Source of the DNA: a virus
Lineage: Duplodnaviria > Heunggongvirae > Uroviricota > Caudoviricetes
Reading direction: 5' to 3' (one strand)
Length of the DNA: 64,000 bases
Virus record (IMG/VR): IMGVR_UViG_3300037790_000024
Position numbers and translations under genes: made by a program. This document shows, piece by piece, positions 10,227-19,371 of the stretch (positions within the stretch are counted from its first letter, which is position 1; each line of letters opens with the position of its first letter). Below the pieces are notes generated by a model. It saw only the letters and a program-made list of their open reading frames with translations. It had not been told where the DNA came from and ran no database searches.

Positions 10227-10484
10227 CTACACCTCCTCCTTTGCTTTATAAAATTCTTCTCTTGTAATCATATTACAAGGGGCTACAACTTCTGGCTCTC
10301 CCCAACAAACATCCTCTTTCCTTACTTCTTTTGGAGGTTTGGGGTTTGGATAAAAATCACCTTCAACAGGAGTATTCCACTGCCTAACCTCTCCATCCCT
10401 ATCTATACCTACATGAGTAGCATCTGGATGAAGATCGTTTAGGTTTTCAACTAACCACTTAAGCTCTTCAGGATTTTCTACCAT
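10227..10484 (-). CDS. hypothetical protein
   Basis: 85-aa ORF abutting SPFH gene. Confidence 0.45.
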   Translation of the reverse strand: MVENPEELKWLVENLNDLHPDATHVGIDRDGEVRQWNTPVEGDFYPNPKPPKEVRKEDVCWGEPEVVAPCNMITREEFYKAKEEV

Positions 10485-10496
10485 AGCTCCGTCTCC

Positions 10497-10865
10497 TTAT
10501 AGATTTTCAATACGTTGCTGGATCTCTTCAACAGAGAGACCTTCTAGCTCTGAAGCTTGTTTTTGTTCCAACACCTTCAGTAGTTTTTCTTTTTCAGCAG
10601 CTTTTTCAGCTTTTTCTTTAGCTGCTTTCTTCTCTTCCAGTCGAATATGAATGATGTACTTGACAATTTCAAACTTCAACTTGGTTTCTTTATCTACAGT
10701 GTTCTCAGCCAGAAAGTTCTCTTCCTCTGCTTCTTTAATCTCTTTATTAAGAGCTTTAGCAAGAGTGTTGAGTTTTTCCAGTGAGACATTCCACAGATCC
10801 TCAGTGCTAAGCACCCCCTGAGAGGTGCTGTAGCGTAATTTCATACGAGTTGCTTGTTCAAACAT
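10497..10865 (-). CDS. hypothetical K/E-rich coiled-coil protein
   Basis: 122 aa, KEKAEKAAEKEKL repeats. Confidence 0.45.
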   Translation of the reverse strand: MFEQATRMKLRYSTSQGVLSTEDLWNVSLEKLNTLAKALNKEIKEAEEENFLAENTVDKETKLKFEIVKYIIHIRLEEKKAAKEKAEKAAEKEKLLKVLEQKQASELEGLSVEEIQQRIENL

Positions 10866-10876
10866 AGTGATCCTCC

Positions 10877-12868
10877 TTAAAATTTCACTTTCACAATACG
10901 AGAGAATGATCCCTCTACTTTCACCAACAAATCAGCTCTTTTAGTTGAGCTAAAACCTAATCCAGACACTTGCTTATGACTGTCTGCCACCTGCATTTTA
11001 CCCCCCAACATTTCAAACACTTTACGATGTTGAGTTAGTTCTGGTTTTAAGAATTCATTATAGAATCCTCGTGCCACCTCATCATTTTGTGCCTTATCTA
11101 GGATAAAGAACACATGTTTATTACCTGTAGAGGTATCCCAGTAGTTAGGAGACAGCATAACCATAGAGGCTTTTTGCCATTGATTTGTAGCCATTCCCCA
11201 CACTTCAGTTGAGATAGTAGCTGAAGATGCATCCCCTGTCAAGAGTTTTACACCATTTTCTTGAGAATATTCAAACTCAGCTACAGTGACATTACCTCTG
11301 TCTCTAACTGCCTCTGTGTGGCTGAAGTTGTAAACTTCCCCTTGGCACTCAATCTCTACGTTAAAGCCAACATCTTTGCTCTCACGCTTACAAAAGTTAT
11401 TAACAACAACTTTGTATCTACCTTCCATACGTTTGTTAGAAGATGGGTAGATAACATTCTCTACCGGAGTGCGGGTGTCTCCCATACCAGCGTTCATGTC
11501 AACATCAAGCTTACCTCCTGTAGCTCTACAATGTTTGCTGTTAAACATGATTTCATAACCTGTAGGATCAATCACATGCAGATCCAGATCATCATAGTTA
11601 AACCACTCTAGAGAGATACGAAGCTCACCATCTACTTTACCACCAGCAGCCTTAACACGCTCTTTCATAGAGTCTGCGACATTACCTTTATAATCCCAAG
11701 ACAAGCCATTATCCCAGTTGAACAAAGATTTACTACCTTTGTTAGTAGGAGCAATAACACTCATCAGATTTGACTGGTGTTTGTTTTCCAGCAACACTTC
11801 AATACTTTTAGCCGTAGGAAGAATCTTTTCTTTAAATGTTTCAAAAGTCACCTCTTCCACTTTGCCCAGCTTGCGAGAGTTGACAGGCAAATCTTCTTTC
11901 ATTTGCTCGAATACAGAGCCAGTTTCTTTTGACCCCACTGAATTATCCCGATTAACATGTAGTACATAGTCCACAGGGATGTCATCAGGAGTGGCATGTC
12001 GTCGTGCCAATGAGTCCATATAGCCCAACTCAACCACCTTCTTCTCAGCAGCTTCAATCATGCCTTTGGTAGCCAGAGCTTTAGGACGTTTGTAGTTAGA
12101 AGGTGCTACTACATTTTCATAGCGCTTCACTGCTGTCTCCAGATCAACATCTTCAGATAGATCGATCAACAAAGTGCCGATAGCTGAATTGCGGATCTTT
12201 CCCCCATCTTTGGCATGTTCCCAAGCATATAGTGATTTAGCTTTCTTTGTTTTAAGTTTATCGTAGGCTTTTTTGTGAGCCAATACTTTTTGAACCCAGC
12301 TCTTATACTCATCCCCACGATACAAGCTACCTTGCAAGATAAGCTCTAGAACAATCTCCATTGCATCTTGAGAAAGTTCATTAAGAGAGCGTTCAAACAC
12401 ATTGCGAGTGCTCTTCATAGATCCCCTCTCAGCCTCAATTGAACAGGGCAGTGAAGACACTCTATTGTTTTCATAATAAAAGTGATCCCATGAAATAGCC
12501 TGACCGTCCTTATACTGAAGATTATACTCCACACCAAACTGACGATCCTTTGTTACAAAGTAATCCCTTGGTTTAGCTTTGGAAATAAGCTTGTGTAAAG
12601 CTGCTGGGATAGCATCATAAACACCATCTGCATATTCAAAATCCCAAACAGTGTGAATAACACCATCTTTTACTCCCACAATATGAGCGTAGTCTCTCAA
12701 GAAATGTCGGCAACAAGAGCAGTTGTGCTCCTGTCGATATTCCTCTGGGAATGCAGCCAAATATGCCTCGTTTGCAGCATCTCTTTCTACATCCATTACC
12801 AACACAGTGTCCATAGACATGATTAGATCTAGCCGTTCCTGCACCTTTTGACGAAATTGTGTAAACAT
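10877..12868 (-). CDS. large hypothetical protein (663 aa), function unknown
   Basis: Long uninterrupted ORF with RBS; internal motif DLDLHVIDPTGYEIMF...GGKLDVDMNAG; I do not recognise the family. Confidence 0.65.
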   Translation of the reverse strand: MFTQFRQKVQERLDLIMSMDTVLVMDVERDAANEAYLAAFPEEYRQEHNCSCCRHFLRDYAHIVGVKDGVIHTVWDFEYADGVYDAIPAALHKLISKAKPRDYFVTKDRQFGVEYNLQYKDGQAISWDHFYYENNRVSSLPCSIEAERGSMKSTRNVFERSLNELSQDAMEIVLELILQGSLYRGDEYKSWVQKVLAHKKAYDKLKTKKAKSLYAWEHAKDGGKIRNSAIGTLLIDLSEDVDLETAVKRYENVVAPSNYKRPKALATKGMIEAAEKKVVELGYMDSLARRHATPDDIPVDYVLHVNRDNSVGSKETGSVFEQMKEDLPVNSRKLGKVEEVTFETFKEKILPTAKSIEVLLENKHQSNLMSVIAPTNKGSKSLFNWDNGLSWDYKGNVADSMKERVKAAGGKVDGELRISLEWFNYDDLDLHVIDPTGYEIMFNSKHCRATGGKLDVDMNAGMGDTRTPVENVIYPSSNKRMEGRYKVVVNNFCKRESKDVGFNVEIECQGEVYNFSHTEAVRDRGNVTVAEFEYSQENGVKLLTGDASSATISTEVWGMATNQWQKASMVMLSPNYWDTSTGNKHVFFILDKAQNDEVARGFYNEFLKPELTQHRKVFEMLGGKMQVADSHKQVSGLGFSSTKRADLLVKVEGSFSRIVKVKF

Positions 12869-12876
12869 ATATCCTC

Positions 12877-13086
12877 CTACCGTTCTGTTAAATTATAAAT
12901 TTCTGTAATACCAATCTTAAAAGAACCTCTGTGATACCCGCTTGTTTTTGGTGTTACATACACCACGGTGAATCCGTCTGACACTGGTTCAATCTCAGTC
13001 CACACTGCTCCTTCAGGGAGCTTGTACATATTCTGAAGTAATTTCCATTTAAAGTCAATAAGATCTAGTTCTTGTTGTAAATGCAT
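12877..13086 (-). CDS. hypothetical protein
   Basis: 69-aa ORF. Confidence 0.4.
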   Translation of the reverse strand: MHLQQELDLIDFKWKLLQNMYKLPEGAVWTEIEPVSDGFTVVYVTPKTSGYHRGSFKIGITEIYNLTER

Positions 13087-13104
13087 GTCGTCTCCTTTAA
13101 TGAT

Positions 13105-13596
13105 TTAAGCCCGTTCTCTCCACTCTTGCATAGTTTTCCAGTATTCTGCCACTTGTTTAGGATGTTCATCATCAGGAACCTTTAAAGTCCACTCCATCCC
13201 CCTAGGATCAACGATCATTCTGATTCTTTGGGCAGCACCTTGGGGAGAGTTATCCACAGAACTCCATTCTCCAGCAAACATCCAATCCCATCTGTCTTCA
13301 TCTACATCTAAACCTAGAAACTCTACAGAAATTTTAAACCAGTGTACAACCAGCCCAAACATACTAGTCACTTCGATGTAGTCTTCCAGATTAAAATCTT
13401 TATATCCTACAAAAGGAATATGCCCCATAGCACAAGCTGCTGTACCACAAGCAGGAGCTGTAGCTTTGCCTTGTTCAATCAGCCAAGCAACACGTTCAGC
13501 ATCTCCTGTCCAAAATTCAGCCATTTCAAATTCTGAGTAGTTTGCAGGTAATGCTTCCAAATAGTCCGCCAGTTGTAGTAATCGCTCTGTATTCAT
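13105..13596 (-). CDS. hypothetical protein
   Basis: 163-aa ORF. Confidence 0.55.
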   Translation of the reverse strand: MNTERLLQLADYLEALPANYSEFEMAEFWTGDAERVAWLIEQGKATAPACGTAACAMGHIPFVGYKDFNLEDYIEVTSMFGLVVHWFKISVEFLGLDVDEDRWDWMFAGEWSSVDNSPQGAAQRIRMIVDPRGMEWTLKVPDDEHPKQVAEYWKTMQEWRERA

Positions 13597-13779
13597 TTCT
13601 CCCCCTTTAGTCTTTTAAGACAGTCTTGATACTCTTTGTGAACTCCATTGGAAACAAGCTTACAGGTGTTCTCCTGAGATGTCAAGTCTTTTTGATGATC
13701 TTTATAATCTTCCCTGTATTTATCCACAAACAACACAGTGAAGATAACACTGCCAATTATGTCAATCATTATATTTCTC

Positions 13780-14214
13780 CTAGTTTTCTGAGTAGAGTTC
13801 TTCTATAACTCTAGGTTCAGAGCTACGCTTAACCAGTCTAGTCATGTTGAGATACATATCCTCTGGTGTTGGATGCCAACCCCTCCAATACTTAGAATAC
13901 TGGAGTTTTTCTGTAATATCAACACAAATACTCTCAAACTTATCTTCATCTATGTTAAAACCTCGACAAACAAGCTCAGAAGCAATAGACCTATAGCGAT
14001 AGTATAGCCACTGTAGTTTGTTAAAGAAAAACTTCTCATGACCAGAGTTGAGAATGTAAACATCTCCAATCTTACAATCATCCAAAGCATGATCAACACC
14101 ATGTTTCCTGATACGATTCACCACCTTCTTGAAAGGTCTAGTGATCTCTTTGTATTCAGCCAACAAATGTTTATCACTTAATGTCTCAACAGGGACACAG
14201 TTGATACGAGTCAT
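13780..14214 (-). CDS. denV: pyrimidine dimer DNA glycosylase (T4 endonuclease V homolog)
   Basis: MTRINCVPVETLSDKHLLAEYKEITRPF closely parallels T4 endoV N-terminus ([28 protein letters not shown]); 144 aa. Confidence 0.85.
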   Translation of the reverse strand: MTRINCVPVETLSDKHLLAEYKEITRPFKKVVNRIRKHGVDHALDDCKIGDVYILNSGHEKFFFNKLQWLYYRYRSIASELVCRGFNIDEDKFESICVDITEKLQYSKYWRGWHPTPEDMYLNMTRLVKRSSEPRVIEELYSEN

Positions 14215-14388
14215 ATAAATCTCCTCTATTCAATTCTAAGCTTCTCTACACTATCTACTGGTAGGGTAGCCTACCCAACACCATAATAATCCAACACAGA
14301 GCAACACAGAAGCTCCTAGGGGTATTCTAGAGGGTGATACTGCCATACCATCTGTAATACCCAATACTTAAATTTAATCTTACACACA

Positions 14389-14427
14389 TCTGGTTTGTTT
14401 GTCAACACACATCAAACAAAAACCAGA
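14389..14427. promoter_or_regulatory. long inverted repeat / hairpin (13-15 bp arms, 11-nt loop)
   Basis: TCTGGTTTGTTTG-tcaacacacat-CAAACAAAAACCAGA upstream of denV start. Confidence 0.4.
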
Positions 14428-14504
14428 TAATAATATTTAACACTCCAAATGTTTCCCTGTGTGTTTGGTGAGTGTTACAAATAGGCTCCTATATTGATCC
14501 CTAA

Positions 14505-14612
14505 TTATTACTAAATAGTATGTATGTATAGATCAATTATCACTAAATAGTATATATTACTAAATATAACTAAATAGTATATATTAATATATATATAACT
14601 AAATATTAGAGG
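14505..14612. repeat. AT-rich repeat array (CTAAATAGTATATAT units) in divergent intergenic region
   Basis: 3-4 copies; located between denV (-) and first plus-strand early-type gene. Confidence 0.6.
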
Positions 14613-14742
14613 GTAACAGATCTTGGAATGAAAGTCAAGAAGTTTTTTTAAGTGTACACCAATACCACAGAGTTGTGAGAAAAGTGTTGACTTATAATTT
14701 TAACACTGGTAAAGTGGTTCCTAAATCAACTGAGGAGAAAAT

Positions 14743-14931
14743 ATGAACTTTAGAATGACTAGAAGGTGTGGTGTTTATCTTTACACAGATGGAACTAAGT
14801 ATGTAGGAAAACTATTTCTTACTTCTAAAGAAACTCTTGAGAAGAACTGGAAGTGGTATTTTCCTTACACTGAAGAAGAGTTAGACAGTTTTGGGTTTAT
14901 TGCCCCTACTGAGTGGGAGGAAGTAAAATGA
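14743..14931 (+). CDS. hypothetical protein
   Basis: 62-aa first ORF after divergent promoter/repeat region, RBS gaggagaaaatATG. Confidence 0.4.
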   Translation: MNFRMTRRCGVYLYTDGTKYVGKLFLTSKETLEKNWKWYFPYTEEELDSFGFIAPTEWEEVK

Positions 14932-15230
14932 GTGCTTTTGATTTACGTGTAGCTAAGAAGTATGTGTCTTTACAACAGTCTGCTAAAAAGCGGGGAAAAG
15001 ACTTCGATTTGTCGCTAACTTCGTTGAAAAACCTACTAAAAGCTAAGAAGTGTTACTACACTGGAGTTCCTCTAACTCATGCTACACGCAGTATTGATCG
15101 AGTGGATAATACAAAAGGCTACATTAAGGGTAATGTTGTAGCTTGTCACACCAATATTAACCAACTTAAAGGCAATTTGGAGATGGACACAATCATCAAA
15201 ATTGCTGACAAACTGAAGAAAAGGAGATAA
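14928..15230 (+). CDS. HNH endonuclease (putative homing endonuclease)
   Basis: IDRVDNTKGYIKGNVVACHTNINQLKGN HNH-type motif; start at internal ATG with RBS gggaggaag. Confidence 0.55.
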   Translation: MSAFDLRVAKKYVSLQQSAKKRGKDFDLSLTSLKNLLKAKKCYYTGVPLTHATRSIDRVDNTKGYIKGNVVACHTNINQLKGNLEMDTIIKIADKLKKRR

Positions 15231-15232
15231 AG

Positions 15233-15511
15233 ATGGAATTTACTCAACAAGTGATAGTGCCAAAAAAAGTAGAGTGTTCTGTAGAAGAGTTTGTAGATCA
15301 ACATCTAGCAGACCTAAGAATCCGCAATGTCAACGGAGAAGATTGTTATGATATCTTTGTCAATTCTAGAGTGAATTCAGGTTACATGGAAAGAGTGTTG
15401 ACAGTTCCGAAAAGATTCTTTAAAATGAAAATCTGGGATGACGACGGCATCTACAATAAAATTGTTGTTATTGATGCAATCCAAGACTATTTAGGAGAAA
15501 AGGATGGATAA
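15233..15511 (+). CDS. hypothetical protein
   Basis: 92-aa ORF. Confidence 0.45.
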   Translation: MEFTQQVIVPKKVECSVEEFVDQHLADLRIRNVNGEDCYDIFVNSRVNSGYMERVLTVPKRFFKMKIWDDDGIYNKIVVIDAIQDYLGEKDG

Positions 15512-15935
15512 ATATTGTGGACAACCTGATTACAAAAGTTATGTGCAATTCTTTGGTGTGGGTAGGATAACCTCTCTTACAGAGCAGCAATGGCTTAATA
15601 GGAAAGAGTATGGGATTTTAAAGAGGTGTTATCCACTATCAAGAGAAAAGTCCTATTCTGAAGATATGTTGTTTTTTCTAGCTCCTTGCCTAGGCGGGTC
15701 TTATATTTGTTTGGATAGTAAAACTAGAATAAGAATAGACTATGAGCAGATGATTACAACAATAGGATATTACAAGTGGAAACATCTTAAAAAGATTTTT
15801 GTGGAGAAAGAAGAAGGGAGTCCTAAAACTTTAGAACAAATATGGAGGGCTTACTCTTTAACTTCAAATCCTGTTACTCGTAGTGTACACAGACAACAAC
15901 TGATTAATAGGCTTAGAAAACTGAGAGGTGAGTGA
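15504..15935 (+). CDS. hypothetical protein
   Basis: 143-aa ORF. Confidence 0.45.
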   Translation: MDKYCGQPDYKSYVQFFGVGRITSLTEQQWLNRKEYGILKRCYPLSREKSYSEDMLFFLAPCLGGSYICLDSKTRIRIDYEQMITTIGYYKWKHLKKIFVEKEEGSPKTLEQIWRAYSLTSNPVTRSVHRQQLINRLRKLRGE

Positions 15936-16147
15936 TGTCAAGATATAAGATTACATTTAAAGTGGAGAGAGAAGGAATTCTTAAAGATGCTATCTCTAGG
16001 AGTAATGCGGCTGTCAGAGATTTCACAGAAGGTTTTTGGGTGGGAACTGATTACAAACTACAGCCTCCCCTTGGAGAAGAGTATTTATATATAATGCCTC
16101 ACCATGTAGTGAGAATTGAATTGATCCCTAGAGAGGAGGATTATTAA
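15932..16147 (+). CDS. hypothetical protein
   Basis: 71-aa ORF. Confidence 0.4.
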   Translation: MMSRYKITFKVEREGILKDAISRSNAAVRDFTEGFWVGTDYKLQPPLGEEYLYIMPHHVVRIELIPREEDY

Positions 16148-16497
16148 TGGAAAAAGTTAGTAAAGAACAGATTATCAAGAATACTTGGTTTTCTCATTTA
16201 GTTTTAGATAGTGATAGGGAGCCTCTAGATAAGCTATCAGGTAAATACTCAGAGCATGAAGATCATGTTGAGGTAGAGTTAAAAATAAATGGTGTTCCTC
16301 TTCGGGTGGAAGATTTTAACAAAGTTCTAGATGAATGGTCAGATAGGATTGGAGATTTGTGTAAGGAACAGCTTGATTATCTAAATACTGAAGAAGCAGT
16401 GGTTACAAAAGCTGAACAATTAATAACAGAAAAGCTTGACAATATTCATCAGATTCTATACGATGTAGAGAACAATCTTTGGAAACTAAGGAGTTAA
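16147..16497 (+). CDS. hypothetical protein
   Basis: 116-aa ORF. Confidence 0.45.
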   Translation: MEKVSKEQIIKNTWFSHLVLDSDREPLDKLSGKYSEHEDHVEVELKINGVPLRVEDFNKVLDEWSDRIGDLCKEQLDYLNTEEAVVTKAEQLITEKLDNIHQILYDVENNLWKLRS

Positions 16498-16498
16498 T

Positions 16499-16777
16499 AT
16501 GTATACAACAATCGAAACCTACCGTCTACCAGATGCAGTGTTACAACACATCCCTGAAGAGGTGACAGAAGTGGAGGTGGAATATAACTATTCTGCTGCC
16601 TCTCCAGCCAATTTTTCAGGAGATCCTGACACTTGGTGGGAAGGAGAAGACGAAGACTTTGAAGTGGTGTCTCTGGAGTTGTTAGGTACAGGCATGTTTA
16701 TCCAGATTGATTCTGAAATAGAACAAAGTTTGTTCCCCTTATGCCTAGATGCACTGATGCTTGAAGATCAATATTAA
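16499..16777 (+). CDS. hypothetical acidic protein
   Basis: 92-aa ORF. Confidence 0.45.
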   Translation: MYTTIETYRLPDAVLQHIPEEVTEVEVEYNYSAASPANFSGDPDTWWEGEDEDFEVVSLELLGTGMFIQIDSEIEQSLFPLCLDALMLEDQY

Positions 16778-16845
16778 AAAAGTCTTGACATTCTGATTTA
16801 GGTTTGAAATAATAGACACATCCTAAACAAACAAGGAGAATTACA

Positions 16846-17103
16846 ATGGCTAAAGTAGAGAAAATGAGCAAAATGGAAACCAGCTTGGTACGTCACCTTA
16901 ACAAGTGCTACAAAGGCAAGACATTCATCTCAAATGATGTTGTCAATTCCTTCCGTCTCACTCTGCAAGGTGGTAAAACACCAGTGAATGTTAAAGCGGG
17001 TATGCTGCTCACCAATCTTCGTAAGAAAGGGGTTATTCAGCAGGTGTCTGAATATGACAATCACAAACGTGGTGTCAACAACCGTGTCTATAAAATTGTA
17101 TAA
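16846..17103 (+). CDS. hypothetical basic protein
   Basis: 85 aa, RBS aaggagaattacaATG. Confidence 0.5.
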   Translation: MAKVEKMSKMETSLVRHLNKCYKGKTFISNDVVNSFRLTLQGGKTPVNVKAGMLLTNLRKKGVIQQVSEYDNHKRGVNNRVYKIV

Positions 17104-17112
17104 GGAGGAAGC

Positions 17113-17514
17113 ATGAAACTAGTACCTGCAAATATTAAAAGTAAAGCTGAATTTGCTAAACGTATGGCTGATGGCGAGGTGTTCTATAATGAATTCAAAG
17201 ATAAACTATACTTTGATGAAAATCTTCTTCCATTCCCGTTTGTATTTGAAGATGGATTATCAGGAGGGAGACAGGCTTTAGGTGCAGCTTGGGAATTGTA
17301 TAATTGTGTAACTGTTGAATCAAAATGGTATGAAAACATCCCAGAAGGGGGTATTCTCTGTTGGGTGTGGGATGAAGATGAAGACAAAAGAAGTAGGGCA
17401 CTTGTTATCACTAAATACAGAGGAAAGAGATATTCTCATCCTTACGAAGATAAATACGCTGCTGGGTGGGAAAATGCAGAGCCTGTAACTAAAGAAGATT
17501 TGAAGGAGGTGTAA
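17113..17514 (+). CDS. hypothetical protein
   Basis: 133 aa, RBS aaggaggaagcATG. Confidence 0.5.
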   Translation: MKLVPANIKSKAEFAKRMADGEVFYNEFKDKLYFDENLLPFPFVFEDGLSGGRQALGAAWELYNCVTVESKWYENIPEGGILCWVWDEDEDKRSRALVITKYRGKRYSHPYEDKYAAGWENAEPVTKEDLKEV

Positions 17515-17515
17515 A

Positions 17516-17959
17516 ATGTTTGAAGCATTTATTATTTATATCTATCTAATTTTAGGGGATATTCTTGGTACTATGACAGGGATAGCTTGGGTAGGTAGTG
17601 TCATAGTTGCAATTTTTGTTGTATGTCTAGGCTTTCATGAGATCAATGCATACGACAGCGATGCTACAAGAGATTTTAAGGAGGAGAGTAATGAAAAAAC
17701 AAAGGCTTTCTTTATTGCCCACTGGAAAAAGTTTGTGGTGATTCCTCTAGTATCAACAACCCTCTTACTGGCATATCCCACTAAAGATGATCTAAAGTGG
17801 ATTGTTGGTGGTGCTATTGTTTGGAATTCTGCTGAAGGTGTAGCCAACATTAAAGGTGTTGACAAACTACCTGAGAATCTGGTAGGAGCAGCCAATTACT
17901 TCTTGGAGTCTATCTACAAAGAAGAGGAGGACACTGATGCTGGTAGTGCTGAACAGTGA
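17516..17959 (+). CDS. membrane protein (2-3 TM helices)
   Basis: 147 aa, hydrophobic N-terminal half. Confidence 0.5.
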   Translation: MFEAFIIYIYLILGDILGTMTGIAWVGSVIVAIFVVCLGFHEINAYDSDATRDFKEESNEKTKAFFIAHWKKFVVIPLVSTTLLLAYPTKDDLKWIVGGAIVWNSAEGVANIKGVDKLPENLVGAANYFLESIYKEEEDTDAGSAEQ

Positions 17960-18063
17960 TACAGGTATGTGGGAGGTGTTCTGCCTAGAAAGCTTTGAAG
18001 TGATGAAGGAGTTTGACACAAAAGCAGAGGCTGACGAATGGAAAGAACTCAACTGGGGGCGAT

Positions 18064-18309
18064 ATGAACACAAATGTGATTAAGGTGGACTTCAGAACTA
18101 AAACTGTGGTAGATAATAGAAAGCAAATCACCTACCAGTGCCATATCTGTAGACAGAATTTTTATTATGATTCAAAATATCACAAGAGGGTTCCTCTATT
18201 AGTGAAGATCAGGAAGGAAGTGTACTGTCCTGATTGCATTGACAGTATGGCTGAGTTTCTAAAAGACGAGAGGAAACGGATCTTTAAAGAGGATCATCCG
18301 GTGGACTAA
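18064..18309 (+). CDS. zinc-ribbon protein (C-x2-C ... C-x2-C)
   Basis: CHICRQ...CPDC; start moved to internal ATG (track ORF begins 18013). Confidence 0.45.
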   Translation: MNTNVIKVDFRTKTVVDNRKQITYQCHICRQNFYYDSKYHKRVPLLVKIRKEVYCPDCIDSMAEFLKDERKRIFKEDHPVD

Positions 18310-18325
18310 CAAGAATTCAGGTAAT

Positions 18326-18522
18326 TTTCATTCTCATTCAAAATCCTAAAAGAGCCTTGTACATGAAAGTGTACAGGGCTTTTTCATTTCCATTCAAAAT
18401 GCTAAAGAATTCAGAGAATTTTGATTTGATTTCAAAATCGATCCTGAGCCAAATGTAGAGAGAAATTTCATTCTGTTTCAAAATGCAAGTGTAGAGCGAT
18501 TTTTCATTTGAATTCAAAATCC
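18326..18522. repeat. iteron-like direct repeats (4 copies of about 21 bp TTTCATTC-N-CATTCAAAATSC, plus a half copy) with irregular spacing
   Basis: Copies near 18326, 18382, 18466, 18502; spacers 36-84 bp; non-coding. Confidence 0.6.
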
Positions 18523-18570
18523 TTAAAAAAATAGCGGGAACTTTTGAAATCATTTTTATATTGCACACGA

Positions 18571-18586
18571 TGGAACGAATCTTGCA
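18571..18586 (+). promoter_or_regulatory. sigma54-like -24/-12 motif (TGGAAC-N5-TTGCA), copy 1 of a conserved intergenic motif
   Basis: Followed by conserved AGCAAAAATCATGCCAATAAAAAA extension shared with the copies at 21351 and 23203. Confidence 0.35.
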
Positions 18587-18780
18587 TTAGCAAAAATCAT
18601 GCCAATAAAAAACATTCGCGCAGGGTGTGCGTATCACCCCCAGAGCACCGCTGATCGAACCGTTAATAATATCGTAGCAAAACCCCACCACCAGATCAAC
18701 CCCTAAATTAAAAATAAATAAAATAATTTTTTATTCCTTGTATATGCACAAAGCGATCAGAAAAAAGATCGATTAAAGTG

Positions 18781-18809
18781 TTGACATTAGGATCTGCATG
18801 TTTTATTCT
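18781..18809 (+). promoter_or_regulatory. sigma70-like promoter (TTGACA-17-TATTCT)
   Basis: Consensus -35, 17-bp spacer, upstream of the 18844 gene. Confidence 0.45.
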
Positions 18810-18843
18810 GTGCCCATGCTTAATGACAACAGAGGATCAGAGT

Positions 18844-19359
18844 ATGAAAGAGAACAGACAAAAATTGCGCTTATTTGACAAGGAGCTAGGAAACAAAGTG
18901 ATCATTAATGTTTGCTGGCAGCACTTATCAAGAAATAAGGAAGCCTATCTGTCGGTAGGCATTCAGGAAGTTAAGTTGTTTGGAAAAAAGATCCAAGGCT
19001 GTCAAGAGCAGATTAGAGCGATCAAACAAATGGGCTGTCCTGATGATTTCTCCTTTTTAGTGGATCATCATCTACTGTCCCGATCTGGTTTTGGTAAGCA
19101 TGAGATCGCAAACTTCACTTATTTTTTAAAAAAGACAAAAGAGCATCTATCTAAGCCACCAGCAGACAGATCCGATCTATGGACTGTTGATCGTCTTGTC
19201 GATTATTCAGGCTTGACAAAAAATCAGATCGAATCTATGGTATTACTTCCAATTGACAGCAGAGAGATCGAAGAAGCTCTAAAGGAGAAAAGAGATCTAA
19301 CACTGTTGACACTGGAAACAATAGAGAATAAGATCAACATTCCATTAAATAAAAGATAA
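18844..19359 (+). CDS. hypothetical protein (GATC-rich island)
   Basis: Start at MKENRQKL with RBS; track ORF starts 18778. Confidence 0.5.
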   Translation: MKENRQKLRLFDKELGNKVIINVCWQHLSRNKEAYLSVGIQEVKLFGKKIQGCQEQIRAIKQMGCPDDFSFLVDHHLLSRSGFGKHEIANFTYFLKKTKEHLSKPPADRSDLWTVDRLVDYSGLTKNQIESMVLLPIDSREIEEALKEKRDLTLLTLETIENKINIPLNKR

Positions 19360-19371
19360 GAGGATCTAATT

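Noticed and set aside
13626-13808. Plus-strand 60-aa ORF
   Set aside because: A minus-strand small membrane-peptide ORF in the same interval (about 13612-13779) fits the surrounding minus-strand operon better; the plus ORF would be antisense.
18326-18522. Possible CRISPR array (short direct repeats with intervening unique sequence)
   Set aside because: Repeats are imperfect and unevenly spaced (36-84 bp), with only 4 copies and no cas genes; fits iterons or operators better.
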